The notes beneath the pieces were generated by a model. The model searched no databases. It was not told the origin of the DNA and saw nothing but the letters and a program-made list of their open reading frames with translations. Below are positions 1-6,677 of a stretch of 9,751 nucleotides of DNA, piece by piece (the first letter of the stretch is position 1; the number at the start of each line of letters is the position of its first letter). The stretch lies in the NCBI GenBank assembly GCA_016840465.1, contig JAEOSH010000069.1, forward strand, positions 1-9,751, in the 5' to 3' direction. Made by a program: the position numbers and the translations under genes. The DNA comes from Candidatus Baldrarchaeum yapensis (lineage in GTDB: Archaea; Asgardarchaeota; Baldrarchaeia; Baldrarchaeales; Baldrarchaeaceae).

Positions 1-298
1 CGTCGAACTCTATGAAGTATTCGATCGTCGACTCATTGATACTTCCCTTCAGGCGAACACTTGCAGACTCATGAGTCGAGAACCCGTATATGATATCTTT
101 AACTTCCTTGAACCCAAATTTCACCCTTACAATCTCTTCGATGTTATGACCCTTGAAAATGAATTTCACGAGGTGCAAAACCTTCACGATGTTGCTTTTC
201 CCCGAAAGATTTGGCCCTATCAGGGCGTTAAACTTCCCAAGCTTTAACCTTACGTTACGAAGTGATAAGAGGTTCTTGACTTCCAGTTCTGAGATCAT
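1..298 (-). CDS. ABC/SMC-type P-loop ATPase (AAA_15/AAA_21-like), N-terminal part, runs off the window edge
   Basis: Manual translation, not in the ORF track: MISELEVKNLLSLRNVRLKLGKFNALIGPNLSGKSNIVKVLHLVKFIF... The 'I..LEVKN..S' start and Walker A GPNLSGKS are typical. Open to position 2; alternative in-frame ATG at 310. Confidence 0.85.
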   Translation of the reverse strand, partial: MISELEVKNLLSLRNVRLKLGKFNALIGPNLSGKSNIVKVLHLVKFIFKGHNIEEIVRVKFGFKEVKDIIYGFSTHESASVRLKGSINESTIEYFIEFD

Positions 299-426
299 TT
301 TAAGCACCATGTATGCTTTAATCTACTGGTTTGGTCAATTCATTTGTTGCCACATTAATGTCATCTCCTTAAACGTTTAAAAATTGACTTGCTGTTAAAG
401 TGGCTCACCGAACCTAGGCCTTCATG

Positions 427-789
427 CTAGGATTTGATTCCTTTTCTCTTGAGGACTTCTTTTATTTTCTTTAGAAGCTCTTCCTTAGCCGATCGATAAA
501 GTTCGAGGGTTTCCTCTATTTCGGGTAAAGTTACGCTCTCGGGCGAATAATCCGCCTTTTTCCTTAGGGCGTAAAGATGTCTGAGCGCCATTGCCGCCGT
601 CAGCAATCCCTTGTTTTCGATGGCATTGGCGAGTTTATCATCTCTTCTGGGGATGCGCTCGTTTAATAGTGTGAGTAGTTCGCATGAGAGTCTATGTAGA
701 GAAAAGTAGAGTGCAGAGGCGCATTTGTTCGCATTTCCCCGTTTAAGATCATCAAATGCCTCTTTTTCTAATCTTCCAGCTTTCTCCAT
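427..789 (-). CDS. HEPN domain protein (COG1895/UPF0332-like, R-x4-Y type)
   Basis: 120 aa, helical; N-terminal 'CASALYFSLH' and C-terminal 'LYALRKKADY' match archaeal HEPN signatures. Overlaps the upstream MNT-like gene by 22 bp. Confidence 0.8.
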   Translation of the reverse strand: MEKAGRLEKEAFDDLKRGNANKCASALYFSLHRLSCELLTLLNERIPRRDDKLANAIENKGLLTAAMALRHLYALRKKADYSPESVTLPEIEETLELYRSAKEELLKKIKEVLKRKGIKS

Positions 790-1397
790 CCGGCAATCAC
801 AAAATTATCTGCAAGCTTTCTATCGCTCACGATGAGGGGGCTTATACTCACGCCGTAGATGCGCTCTACCTCAGCCTCCATCTCGGCAATTGCACGCATC
901 GCCCTCACAAAGTTACCCCTGATTACTACCAATACATTGCTCTCGTAGATCATTGCGTCCTCATCGGGCGCCACAACAACTTCCAGAACTTCATCTCCGA
1001 GGCTTTTCCTGATTTTATTGTAAAACTCTTTCACGGCGGAGATCCAGTCACCAATTTTCACATCCGCCGCCATTTGCGAGCGAATAAAGGAGTTTATGAA
1101 GCCGACATCCTTTTTGCTCACGATGAGGGGGCTTATACTCACGCCGTAGATGCGCTCCACTTCCGTCTCTGCTCTGACAACTGTATGCCTTACCTCAGCG
1201 GAATTCCTCCTAACTATGACTAATACGTTGCTATCGTACACCATTGCTTCTTCGTCAGGCGCCGCAACAACTTCTAAAAGATCATCTCCCAGTTCTTCTT
1301 TTACTCTCTCGAAAAACTCGGTGATTGCAGAAGCCCACTTACTTCCGCTGAGGACTATCGGCAACCTCAGGATCTCCTCTTTAGTGGACGAAACCAT
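768..1397 (-). CDS. Tandem two-domain minimal nucleotidyltransferase (MNT)-like protein, catalytic motifs degenerate
   Basis: Two ungapped repeats 97 codons apart, 43/74 identical aa by hand count. Each reads 'EF...LGD..LEVV.APDE.AM.Y(D/E)SNVLV....EVERIYGVSISPLIVS', which follows the MNT layout, but GS is replaced by AP and DxD by DxN/ExN. ATG 1397 is preferred (GTGGTG RBS); the ORF track starts at GTG 1412. Confidence 0.7.
   Translation of the reverse strand: MVSSTKEEILRLPIVLSGSKWASAITEFFERVKEELGDDLLEVVAAPDEEAMVYDSNVLVIVRRNSAEVRHTVVRAETEVERIYGVSISPLIVSKKDVGFINSFIRSQMAADVKIGDWISAVKEFYNKIRKSLGDEVLEVVVAPDEDAMIYESNVLVVIRGNFVRAMRAIAEMEAEVERIYGVSISPLIVSDRKLADNFVIAGWRKLED
825..1157. repeat. Perfect 42-bp direct repeat, two copies (825-866 and 1116-1157)
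   Basis: gctcacgatgagggggcttatactcacgccgtagatgcgctc occurs twice, 291 bp apart, and encodes ERIYGVSISPLIVS in both MNT-like domains. Confidence 0.97.
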
Positions 1398-1424
1398 GGA
1401 CACCACTTTCACTTTTATGCTCCA

Positions 1425-1438
1425 TAATTAACTTTTGA
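1425..1438 (-). promoter_or_regulatory. Candidate BRE/TATA for the MNT-HEPN transcript
   Basis: Minus strand reads tcaaaagTTAATTA about 28 nt upstream of ATG 1397. Confidence 0.4.
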
Positions 1439-1508
1439 CACTTGGCAGATAAAACGTTGTTTCTTGGCCATGGTTTCCACTTAGGGGAGGAATACAGAAT
1501 AACCCCTA

Positions 1509-1537
1509 TATATTTAAATATGCCGATATAAGGATAT
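1509..1537. promoter_or_regulatory. Operator-like motif, copy 1 (ATAT-N4 x4; TATATT-N10-GATATA), overlapping a TATA-like TTTAAATA
   Basis: TATATTTAAATATGCCGATATAAGGATAT has ATAT at 1510, 1518, 1526 and 1534; 22/29 identical to 5303-5331. Confidence 0.65.
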
Positions 1538-1617
1538 ATTAATGTGAGTCTGAGATTTCCCGAGGAGAATCAAGAGGGTGCAAGACGTAAGCAAGGTTGA
1601 ATTATGGGGGATGAATA

Positions 1618-1974
1618 ATAGCTAAAAGTGCCGTTTGGTATCCAGTAATCTTTCCGGATAGATGTGATGGATGCAAAAACCGTGAGGTCCCCAGATGCGT
1701 CGAGTTCTGCCCTCATGGTGTCTTCGGGATACGTGAAGGGAAAGCAGTTGTGCTGAGACCTCAAAACTGTGTATATGGATACACATCATGCGAGTTCATT
1801 TGTCCAAGAAGAGCAATTGCTTTTCCCCAGCATACTATGATCTTTCCCAGGATAAAGAAGGAAGATAAAGGCTTGCTCCGTAAAGTTACATGTAGAATCT
1901 GTGGGAAAGTCTTCTGGACAAACAGAGATGTGGATATATGCTTTGATTGCGAAGCTAAACAAAAGTGTGTATGA
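1618..1974 (+). CDS. Dicluster-type ferredoxin with C-terminal Zn-ribbon (118 aa, probable ATA start)
   Basis: The frame is open from 1615, after TGA 1612-1614: (M)AKSAVWYPVIFPDRCDGCKNREVPRCVEFCPHGVFGIREGKAVVLRPQNCVYGYTSCEFICPRRAIAFP...VTCRICGKVFWTNRDVDICFDCEAKQKCV. GGGGGATGA RBS-like sequence sits just upstream. The track's GTG 1750 start would delete the first Cys motif. Confidence 0.85.
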   Translation: MAKSAVWYPVIFPDRCDGCKNREVPRCVEFCPHGVFGIREGKAVVLRPQNCVYGYTSCEFICPRRAIAFPQHTMIFPRIKKEDKGLLRKVTCRICGKVFWTNRDVDICFDCEAKQKCV

Positions 1975-2332
1975 TGAATCTAGAAGTAGCCTTTAAGGAA
2001 ACTCTTGGAAGCACCCCCGTTTCTTATAGCATTTTGAATTTGCACGACACTTGTTAGGTGGATTCTAAATTTTTGGGATGTTTTCTTGTGCTTCGAACAG
2101 CCTCCAATTACATGACCTCATATCCTTTTAGCTCCTTAACGATTGCTAATAAAAGTTTCAACCCTCCTGCTAACAAATTGACTTTTGATTCTTTCAGATT
2201 CAATATCCAACTTCTTTCCGCAGGATTTTCGCTTCTGATTGAGCCCTATGATTAAATGACCGTTCAGTACGTCTCTGATTACGTCTGAAACATCAACACT
2301 AGCAATGGGGCGGAGGCGGTTTCATAATTTAG

Positions 2333-2350
2333 AAAAAACAAGATTTATAA
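2333..2350 (+). promoter_or_regulatory. Archaeal BRE + TATA promoter for the acyl-CoA ligase
   Basis: A-rich aaaaaacaaga followed by TTTATAA (2344-2350); GTGAGGGG RBS-like sequence before ATG 2407. Confidence 0.55.
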
Positions 2351-2406
2351 CTTATTAGGATATTCTATATTTTCCCGAAATTAGAAGGAGAATGTGAGGG
2401 GCCCAC

Positions 2407-4047
2407 ATGAGTGCGTACAACTATCAGTTGATAATAAAAAATATTCTTGAGTGGGGTGTTAATCGAGCGCCGAACAAGGAGATTGTGTACAGAGACCTAG
2501 TAAGGTACACATGGTCTCAGTTTTATGAGAGGGTGAAGAGGCTTGCGAATGCGCTCGAAGAGCTTGGGGTCAAGAGGGGGACGAAGGTGGCAGTGCTCGA
2601 CTGGGACACGCACAGGTACCTCGAGCTGTACTTTGCTGTTCCCATGATGGGAGCCATACTCCACACCATAAATTTGCGTTTGCCCCCGGAGCACATCCTG
2701 TACACCATGAAGCACGCCGAGGACGAGGTTCTCGTGGTGAGGGACGAGTTCCTTCCGATTGTTGAAAGAGTAAAGGACATGCTTCCAGAGAGTTTGAGGA
2801 CGTTCATAATCACGTCGGATACTGGGACGATGCCAGAAACGAAGTTAGAGCCCGCCTACGACTACGAATCGCTCGTCAAGGAGGCGTCTCCCGACTACGA
2901 GTTCCCCGAACTGGACGAAAACACCGATGCCACAATCTTCTACACGTCCGGAACTACGGGACTCCCAAAGGGAGTGATCTTCACGCATAGACAGATAACG
3001 CTTCACACATTGTGTGTTGCTCTTGTATCCCTATTCCCTGGGGAATTTCATTTAACGTCTCAAGACGTAGTGATGCCACTTGTTCCGTTCTTCCATGTGC
3101 ATTCTTGGGGAATGCCGTATGTCGCAGCACTCCTGGGAACGAAACTCGTTCTTCCTGGAAGGTACGATTGGGATTTGATACTTGAACTCATGCGGAAGGA
3201 GGGCGTCACCTACACCTATTGCGTGCCAACGATTCTTCATGCATTAGTTTATCATCCAAAAGCGGAGGAGTACAGGGACGTGTTTTCAAGGCTGAGAGCG
3301 TCAATTGGAGGCGCAGCTCTTCCAAGGGGATTGGCTTTACGAGCGAGAGAACTGGGAATGAAGGTTACCTCAGGATATGGTCTCTCCGAAACCTGTCCGG
3401 TACTCACGATTTCTGGATACAAGGAGCACATGCTCGACTGGCCGGAGGATAAGAAGCTCGAGGTAAGATTAAAGACAGGATTACCAATTCCACTGGTTAA
3501 ATTGAGAGTTGTTAATGAGAAGGGAGAGGATGTGCCCAAGGACGAAAAGTCAATTGGAGAGATAGTTGTGCGTGCGCCTTGGTGCACGCGTGAGTACTAC
3601 AAGGATCCTGAGAAGACGAAGGAACTGTGGAAGGATGGGTGGTTGCACACAGGCGATCTTGCCGTCTGGGATGAAGACGGATATGTAAAGATCGTCGGAA
3701 GGCTCAAGTTTGTGATAAAGAGCGGAGGGGAGTGGATCTCCCCGCTGATACTAGAAGACCTGTTAAGCACGCATCCCGCGGTCTCCGAGGTTGCAGTGAT
3801 CCCGGTGCCCCACGAGAAGTGGGGAGAGAGACCCATTGCGGTAATAGTTCCGAAGGCCGAGTACAAGGACAAGATCACCGAGGACGATTTGAGAAAATTC
3901 ATGCTGAAGTTGGCCGACGAGGGCAAGGTTGCGAAGTGGTGGATTCCGGACAGGTTCATCTTCACGGATTCGCTTCCGAAGACCGGAACCGGGAAGGTGG
4001 ATGTGCTGAAACTGATAGAACAGTACAAGACACTAAAACTAGAATGA
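2407..4047 (+). CDS. AMP-forming acyl-CoA ligase, AlkK/ttLC-FACS/DmdB-like subfamily
   Basis: 546 aa with YTSGTTGLPKG P-loop, GYGLSET, GWLHTGD, IKSGGEWIS, HEKWGERP and LPKTGTGK. 'DWDTHRYLELYFAVPMMGAILHTINLRL' and 'VPFFHVHSWGMPY' are typical of this subfamily. Substrate is not determinable from sequence. Confidence 0.95.
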   Translation: MSAYNYQLIIKNILEWGVNRAPNKEIVYRDLVRYTWSQFYERVKRLANALEELGVKRGTKVAVLDWDTHRYLELYFAVPMMGAILHTINLRLPPEHILYTMKHAEDEVLVVRDEFLPIVERVKDMLPESLRTFIITSDTGTMPETKLEPAYDYESLVKEASPDYEFPELDENTDATIFYTSGTTGLPKGVIFTHRQITLHTLCVALVSLFPGEFHLTSQDVVMPLVPFFHVHSWGMPYVAALLGTKLVLPGRYDWDLILELMRKEGVTYTYCVPTILHALVYHPKAEEYRDVFSRLRASIGGAALPRGLALRARELGMKVTSGYGLSETCPVLTISGYKEHMLDWPEDKKLEVRLKTGLPIPLVKLRVVNEKGEDVPKDEKSIGEIVVRAPWCTREYYKDPEKTKELWKDGWLHTGDLAVWDEDGYVKIVGRLKFVIKSGGEWISPLILEDLLSTHPAVSEVAVIPVPHEKWGERPIAVIVPKAEYKDKITEDDLRKFMLKLADEGKVAKWWIPDRFIFTDSLPKTGTGKVDVLKLIEQYKTLKLE

Positions 4048-4067
4048 TCTCAGAAACTTCTCGTCCT

Positions 4068-4090
4068 TTTACGATTTTTATTTATTTTCC
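4068..4090 (+). terminator. T-rich archaeal terminator candidate
   Basis: Several T tracts (ttttacgatttttatttatttt) about 20 nt after the ligase stop codon. Confidence 0.35.
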
Positions 4091-4269
4091 GGGATTATTT
4101 CGTAACTTCAGAGGTTAAGCAACCACAATTAAGTGGACAAGAAACAGCGTTAAGAGAAGTCTTCCAGATATAAACATGTTCTTCCCCATCCACTGGCAAG
4201 AAGTCTGTCAAATTTGCAATACTCCACGTATACTGGTGACATGAGCACGATTTCTCGAAAGCTTCGTAG

Positions 4270-4510
4270 TTCTGATCGAAAAACAAGAGATGCATCAGGT
4301 GGGAGAACACAATCCTCGCCCTCACCATGTGCTAGGACCTGCGGAACATCCCATTGAGCCCTAAAAGCTATCCCAGATCCCTGTGCAACTCCTCGAACGC
4401 CCATCAGTTACTCCGGTAATGTAGTGTGGTCCATAAGACATAGGTTTGCACGTCTCCAGTAGCAGTTGAGGATTCCTCCTTCTCCTGTGCATGAGAAGAA
4501 ACCGGATAGC
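4270..4510 (-). pseudogene. Decayed IS4/IS701/ISH3-like DDE transposase C-terminal remnant
   Basis: Minus-strand reading 'IRFLLMHRRRRNPQLLLETCKPMS', then after a frameshift 'HYRSN*WAFEELHRDLG*LLGLNGMFRRS*HMVRARIVFSHLMHLL'. This resembles the Y-x2-R-W-x-I-E-x2-H-R-x2-K catalytic-Glu region; several stops. Boundaries approximate. Confidence 0.45.
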
Positions 4511-4898
4511 TTCATCAAGGTGATTCTTCTTTCAAGTTTTACCGTAATCCGGCACGAACCTCAGCAACTCCCTCTTAACCTCTCACTGATGAACATTGTG
4601 AGAATCACAACACTTTATCGTGGTTGTCCGTGCCTGATCTCTCAGATATTTTGAATATTTTCGGCACGGACTTTCCTTCATAGGGTCAGGTTCTTATCCC
4701 CGCACCGGGAGGATGTCGAGGTACTCATTGGGGGCACCTGTAAAGTAATCAACCATCGCATTGATATGGAGCGGGACGTTTAACGTTCAAGTTAACACTC
4801 TCAGATCGACGCCCGGCTGTGAGTGGAAATGCTAATGTTAAATTTATTATGAAACAGTTTCAAATTTCGCTAAAGGATTTTAAGGCAAGTGTCAGGTG

Positions 4899-5234
4899 TT
4901 AAAAGCGCAAAGCTTTAATGCTTCTACTGATACGTGACACGAGTATTTCTGCCGCCAGATCTAAGATCTTTAAGACGCGAGGATCAGAAATTCTGTAATA
5001 GATTGATCGACCGCGTCTTTCGGCGATCAGGATACCGCTTTCCACCAAGTTCTTAAGATGTTGCGCGACTGTCGACTGCGACCTTCCCGTCGCAGGGATT
5101 ATATCACACTGGCAGATGCTCTCCTCTCCGTGTTCCATTATCACTTTCAATATCTTTAGACGTATAGGATCTGATAATGCTCTAAAGAATCGTGCCATAG
5201 TGTCTAGGAAGCTTTCTTCCATTAAATGATTCAT
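4899..5234 (-). CDS. arsR: ArsR/SmtB family transcriptional regulator with alpha3 CxC motif
   Basis: 'ARFFRALSDPIRLKIL', 'ESICQCDI', 'SQSTVAQHLKNLVESGIL' and 'ERRGRSIYYRI' give a winged HTH. ATG 5234 follows GGGGTG; the track starts at GTG 5243. Confidence 0.93.
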   Translation of the reverse strand: MNHLMEESFLDTMARFFRALSDPIRLKILKVIMEHGEESICQCDIIPATGRSQSTVAQHLKNLVESGILIAERRGRSIYYRISDPRVLKILDLAAEILVSRISRSIKALRF

Positions 5235-5266
5235 TAGGACCACCCCATGAGATCGCGATTAATTAC

Positions 5267-5274
5267 TTTTAAAA
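5267..5274. promoter_or_regulatory. Candidate bidirectional TATA element (TTTTAAAA) between arsR and the Fe-S/dsr operon
   Basis: Palindromic TTTTAAAA about 33 nt from the arsR ATG and about 29 nt before the operator-like motif. Confidence 0.4.
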
Positions 5275-5302
5275 TACCACAGATTTCCATCTTATGTATT
5301 GG

Positions 5303-5331
5303 TATATCGTAATATGCTGATATATCAATAT
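5303..5331. promoter_or_regulatory. Operator-like motif, copy 2 (TATATC-N10-GATATA inverted repeat; ATAT-N4 x4), probable ArsR site
   Basis: TATATCGTAATATGCTGATATATCAATAT has ATAT at 5304, 5312, 5320 and 5328, and lies in the divergent arsR intergenic region. Confidence 0.7.
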
Positions 5332-5349
5332 GTCGGAAAAATCGAAGAG

Positions 5350-5949
5350 ATGATGCTTATGCATAGAAAATCCGATAAGAGCCTGCTGAGCCTTCTGATA
5401 GGAAATAAGCTTGTTAGAAATGTAAAAATAAACGAAATACTGCCATGTATTTCCGATAAAGAGAGAATACGTGTTGTATGTCAAGTGGATAGGGAATTAA
5501 CCGATGTGCTTCCAGTGCTCTACCTCTACATTCCGAATGCGACATATAACGAAAGGACTGGTGCACTCACTTTCATGTACAAGCAACACATGATTACGAT
5601 ATTTAAATCGGGGAAAATAACGGGGACATACATGCGCGACCGTAAGGAGGCGGAGCAGATAATGATGGAAGTAAAAGACCTGATAAACAGAGCGATAGTG
5701 TATGTAATGACACACGGTCCCCCCTCTAAAGACTTAATAGCATCGAAGAAACCCGTTTCCGCGTTAACGGTACAAAAGCACCTTCCGGGAACAAACTGTG
5801 GAAAATGCGGAGAGAAGACTTGTTATGCGTTTGCGGTTAAGGTATCCACGGGAGAGAAGGATATTGATGAATGTCCGGAGTTGAAATTGCCTGAAAATCT
5901 GGAAAAGTACCATGAGCTTAGGAAACTACTAAGGCCAATAGTCATCTGA
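5350..5949 (+). CDS. COG4871-like protein: N-terminal TBP-like fold plus C-terminal putative Fe-S domain (PF04060-like)
   Basis: 'PCISDKERIRVV...LTF...MITIFKSGKIT...D..EA' N-domain and 'LPGTNCGKCGEKTCYAFAVKV..GE..IDECPEL' four-Cys domain. Start is probably ATG 5350-5359; the track's TTG 5299 overlaps the operator. Confidence 0.85.
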   Translation: MMLMHRKSDKSLLSLLIGNKLVRNVKINEILPCISDKERIRVVCQVDRELTDVLPVLYLYIPNATYNERTGALTFMYKQHMITIFKSGKITGTYMRDRKEAEQIMMEVKDLINRAIVYVMTHGPPSKDLIASKKPVSALTVQKHLPGTNCGKCGEKTCYAFAVKVSTGEKDIDECPELKLPENLEKYHELRKLLRPIVI

Positions 5950-5952
5950 ACG

Positions 5953-6288
5953 GTGGTACCCTTGCGAATCCTACTGGCAATTACGAAATCCAGTTATCCG
6001 GCAAATCTTCTCTCTCTGATCAAATTATTCATTAGAACCTGTTTCGAGAAGCAACATGCCGTGTCAATGTACTTTCTTGGAGACGGCGTATACGCATTGC
6101 GCCTTTTTAAAGATCTCATAGATGAAGGAGAATCTGGGCTGATAGAGGTTTTTGTGAGAAAGGAGGATGCCGAGGCGAGAGGAGTAACTAAGTTCATTCA
6201 GACAAATCGCGTAAGATTTCCTAAGGACTTCATGAAGCGCTTAGTCATGAGCGTTATGGAGAGAGCGGATAAGGTGGTATTCTTATGA
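5953..6288 (+). CDS. DsrH/TusB-like subunit (DsrE/F/H fold, lacks the catalytic-position Cys)
   Basis: 'MYFLGDGVYAL' and 'EDAEARGV', ending 'ADKVVFL'. Possible TTG start at 5962; ATGA overlap with the next gene. Confidence 0.7.
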   Translation: MVPLRILLAITKSSYPANLLSLIKLFIRTCFEKQHAVSMYFLGDGVYALRLFKDLIDEGESGLIEVFVRKEDAEARGVTKFIQTNRVRFPKDFMKRLVMSVMERADKVVFL

Positions 6289-6671
6289 GTAAAACTCTGA
6301 CAATAGTGCTCCTCAGGGAACCATATGCAAGTCAGTACGCCGATATAGCACTCGAGATCGCAGAGATGGCCTTAAATTTGGGATACAAGGTTCGATTGTT
6401 CCTCTACATGAGTGGGGTACATGCAGCCAAGCGGGGTCAATCGCCGTTGAGATTTCCTAACTTTGAAAGAAAATTGCGGGAACTTTTGACTCGTGGATTG
6501 AAAGTTATCGCATGCGGTAGATGCGCCTCAGCAAGAGGATACATCGAGAATTCTGCAAACGAAGAGGGTAATTTTTCAACATCTCAGTATGTGGAGGGAG
6601 TCAAAGTTATGAGCATATACGAGCTTGCGGATTGGATTAAAAACTCTGACAGGGTAATAATGTTGGGGTGA
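6285..6671 (+). CDS. dsrE: DsrE/TusD-like sulfur-carrier subunit
   Basis: 'LTIVLLREPY', 'LFLYMSGV', 'ACGRCASARG' and 'L..WI..SDRVI'. The first Cys is 8 residues before the G of RG, as for TusD Cys78. Confidence 0.88.
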   Translation: MSKTLTIVLLREPYASQYADIALEIAEMALNLGYKVRLFLYMSGVHAAKRGQSPLRFPNFERKLRELLTRGLKVIACGRCASARGYIENSANEEGNFSTSQYVEGVKVMSIYELADWIKNSDRVIMLG

Positions 6672-6677
6672 TGGGCG

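Noticed and set aside
335-364. Tiny ORF MTLMWQQMN with AGGAG upstream, in frame with the ATPase
   Set aside because: Two stops separate it from the ATPase and nothing supports a function.
825-1157. 42-bp direct repeats as a CRISPR array
   Set aside because: Only two copies, a 249-bp intervening segment, in-frame coding on the minus strand, and no cas genes.
756-1223. 155-aa plus-strand ORF with an internal repeat
   Set aside because: Antisense shadow of the tandem MNT-like gene; the repeat comes from the opposite strand.
1618-1974. Ferredoxin as HgcB (mercury methylation)
   Set aside because: No hgcA nearby, cluster spacing differs, and the C-terminus is a Zn ribbon rather than the HgcB Cys tail.
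2058-2255. 65-aa ORF and minus-strand fragments in the ferredoxin-ligase gap
   Set aside because: No motif, RBS or convincing composition.
2497-4118. Short ORFs overlapping the ligase (2497-2715, 2523-2813, 3052-3240, 3219-3452, 3252-3587, 3597-4028, 3732-4118)
   Set aside because: Alternate-frame or antisense shadows of a well-supported gene.
4680-4760. 'VPPMSTSTSSRCG' as a TnpB Zn-finger remnant
   Set aside because: Only one Cys and no RuvC motifs; too short to support.
4850-4862. Palindrome TGAAAC-A-GTTTCA downstream of arsR
   Set aside because: Single short copy with no adjacent gene start; may be chance.
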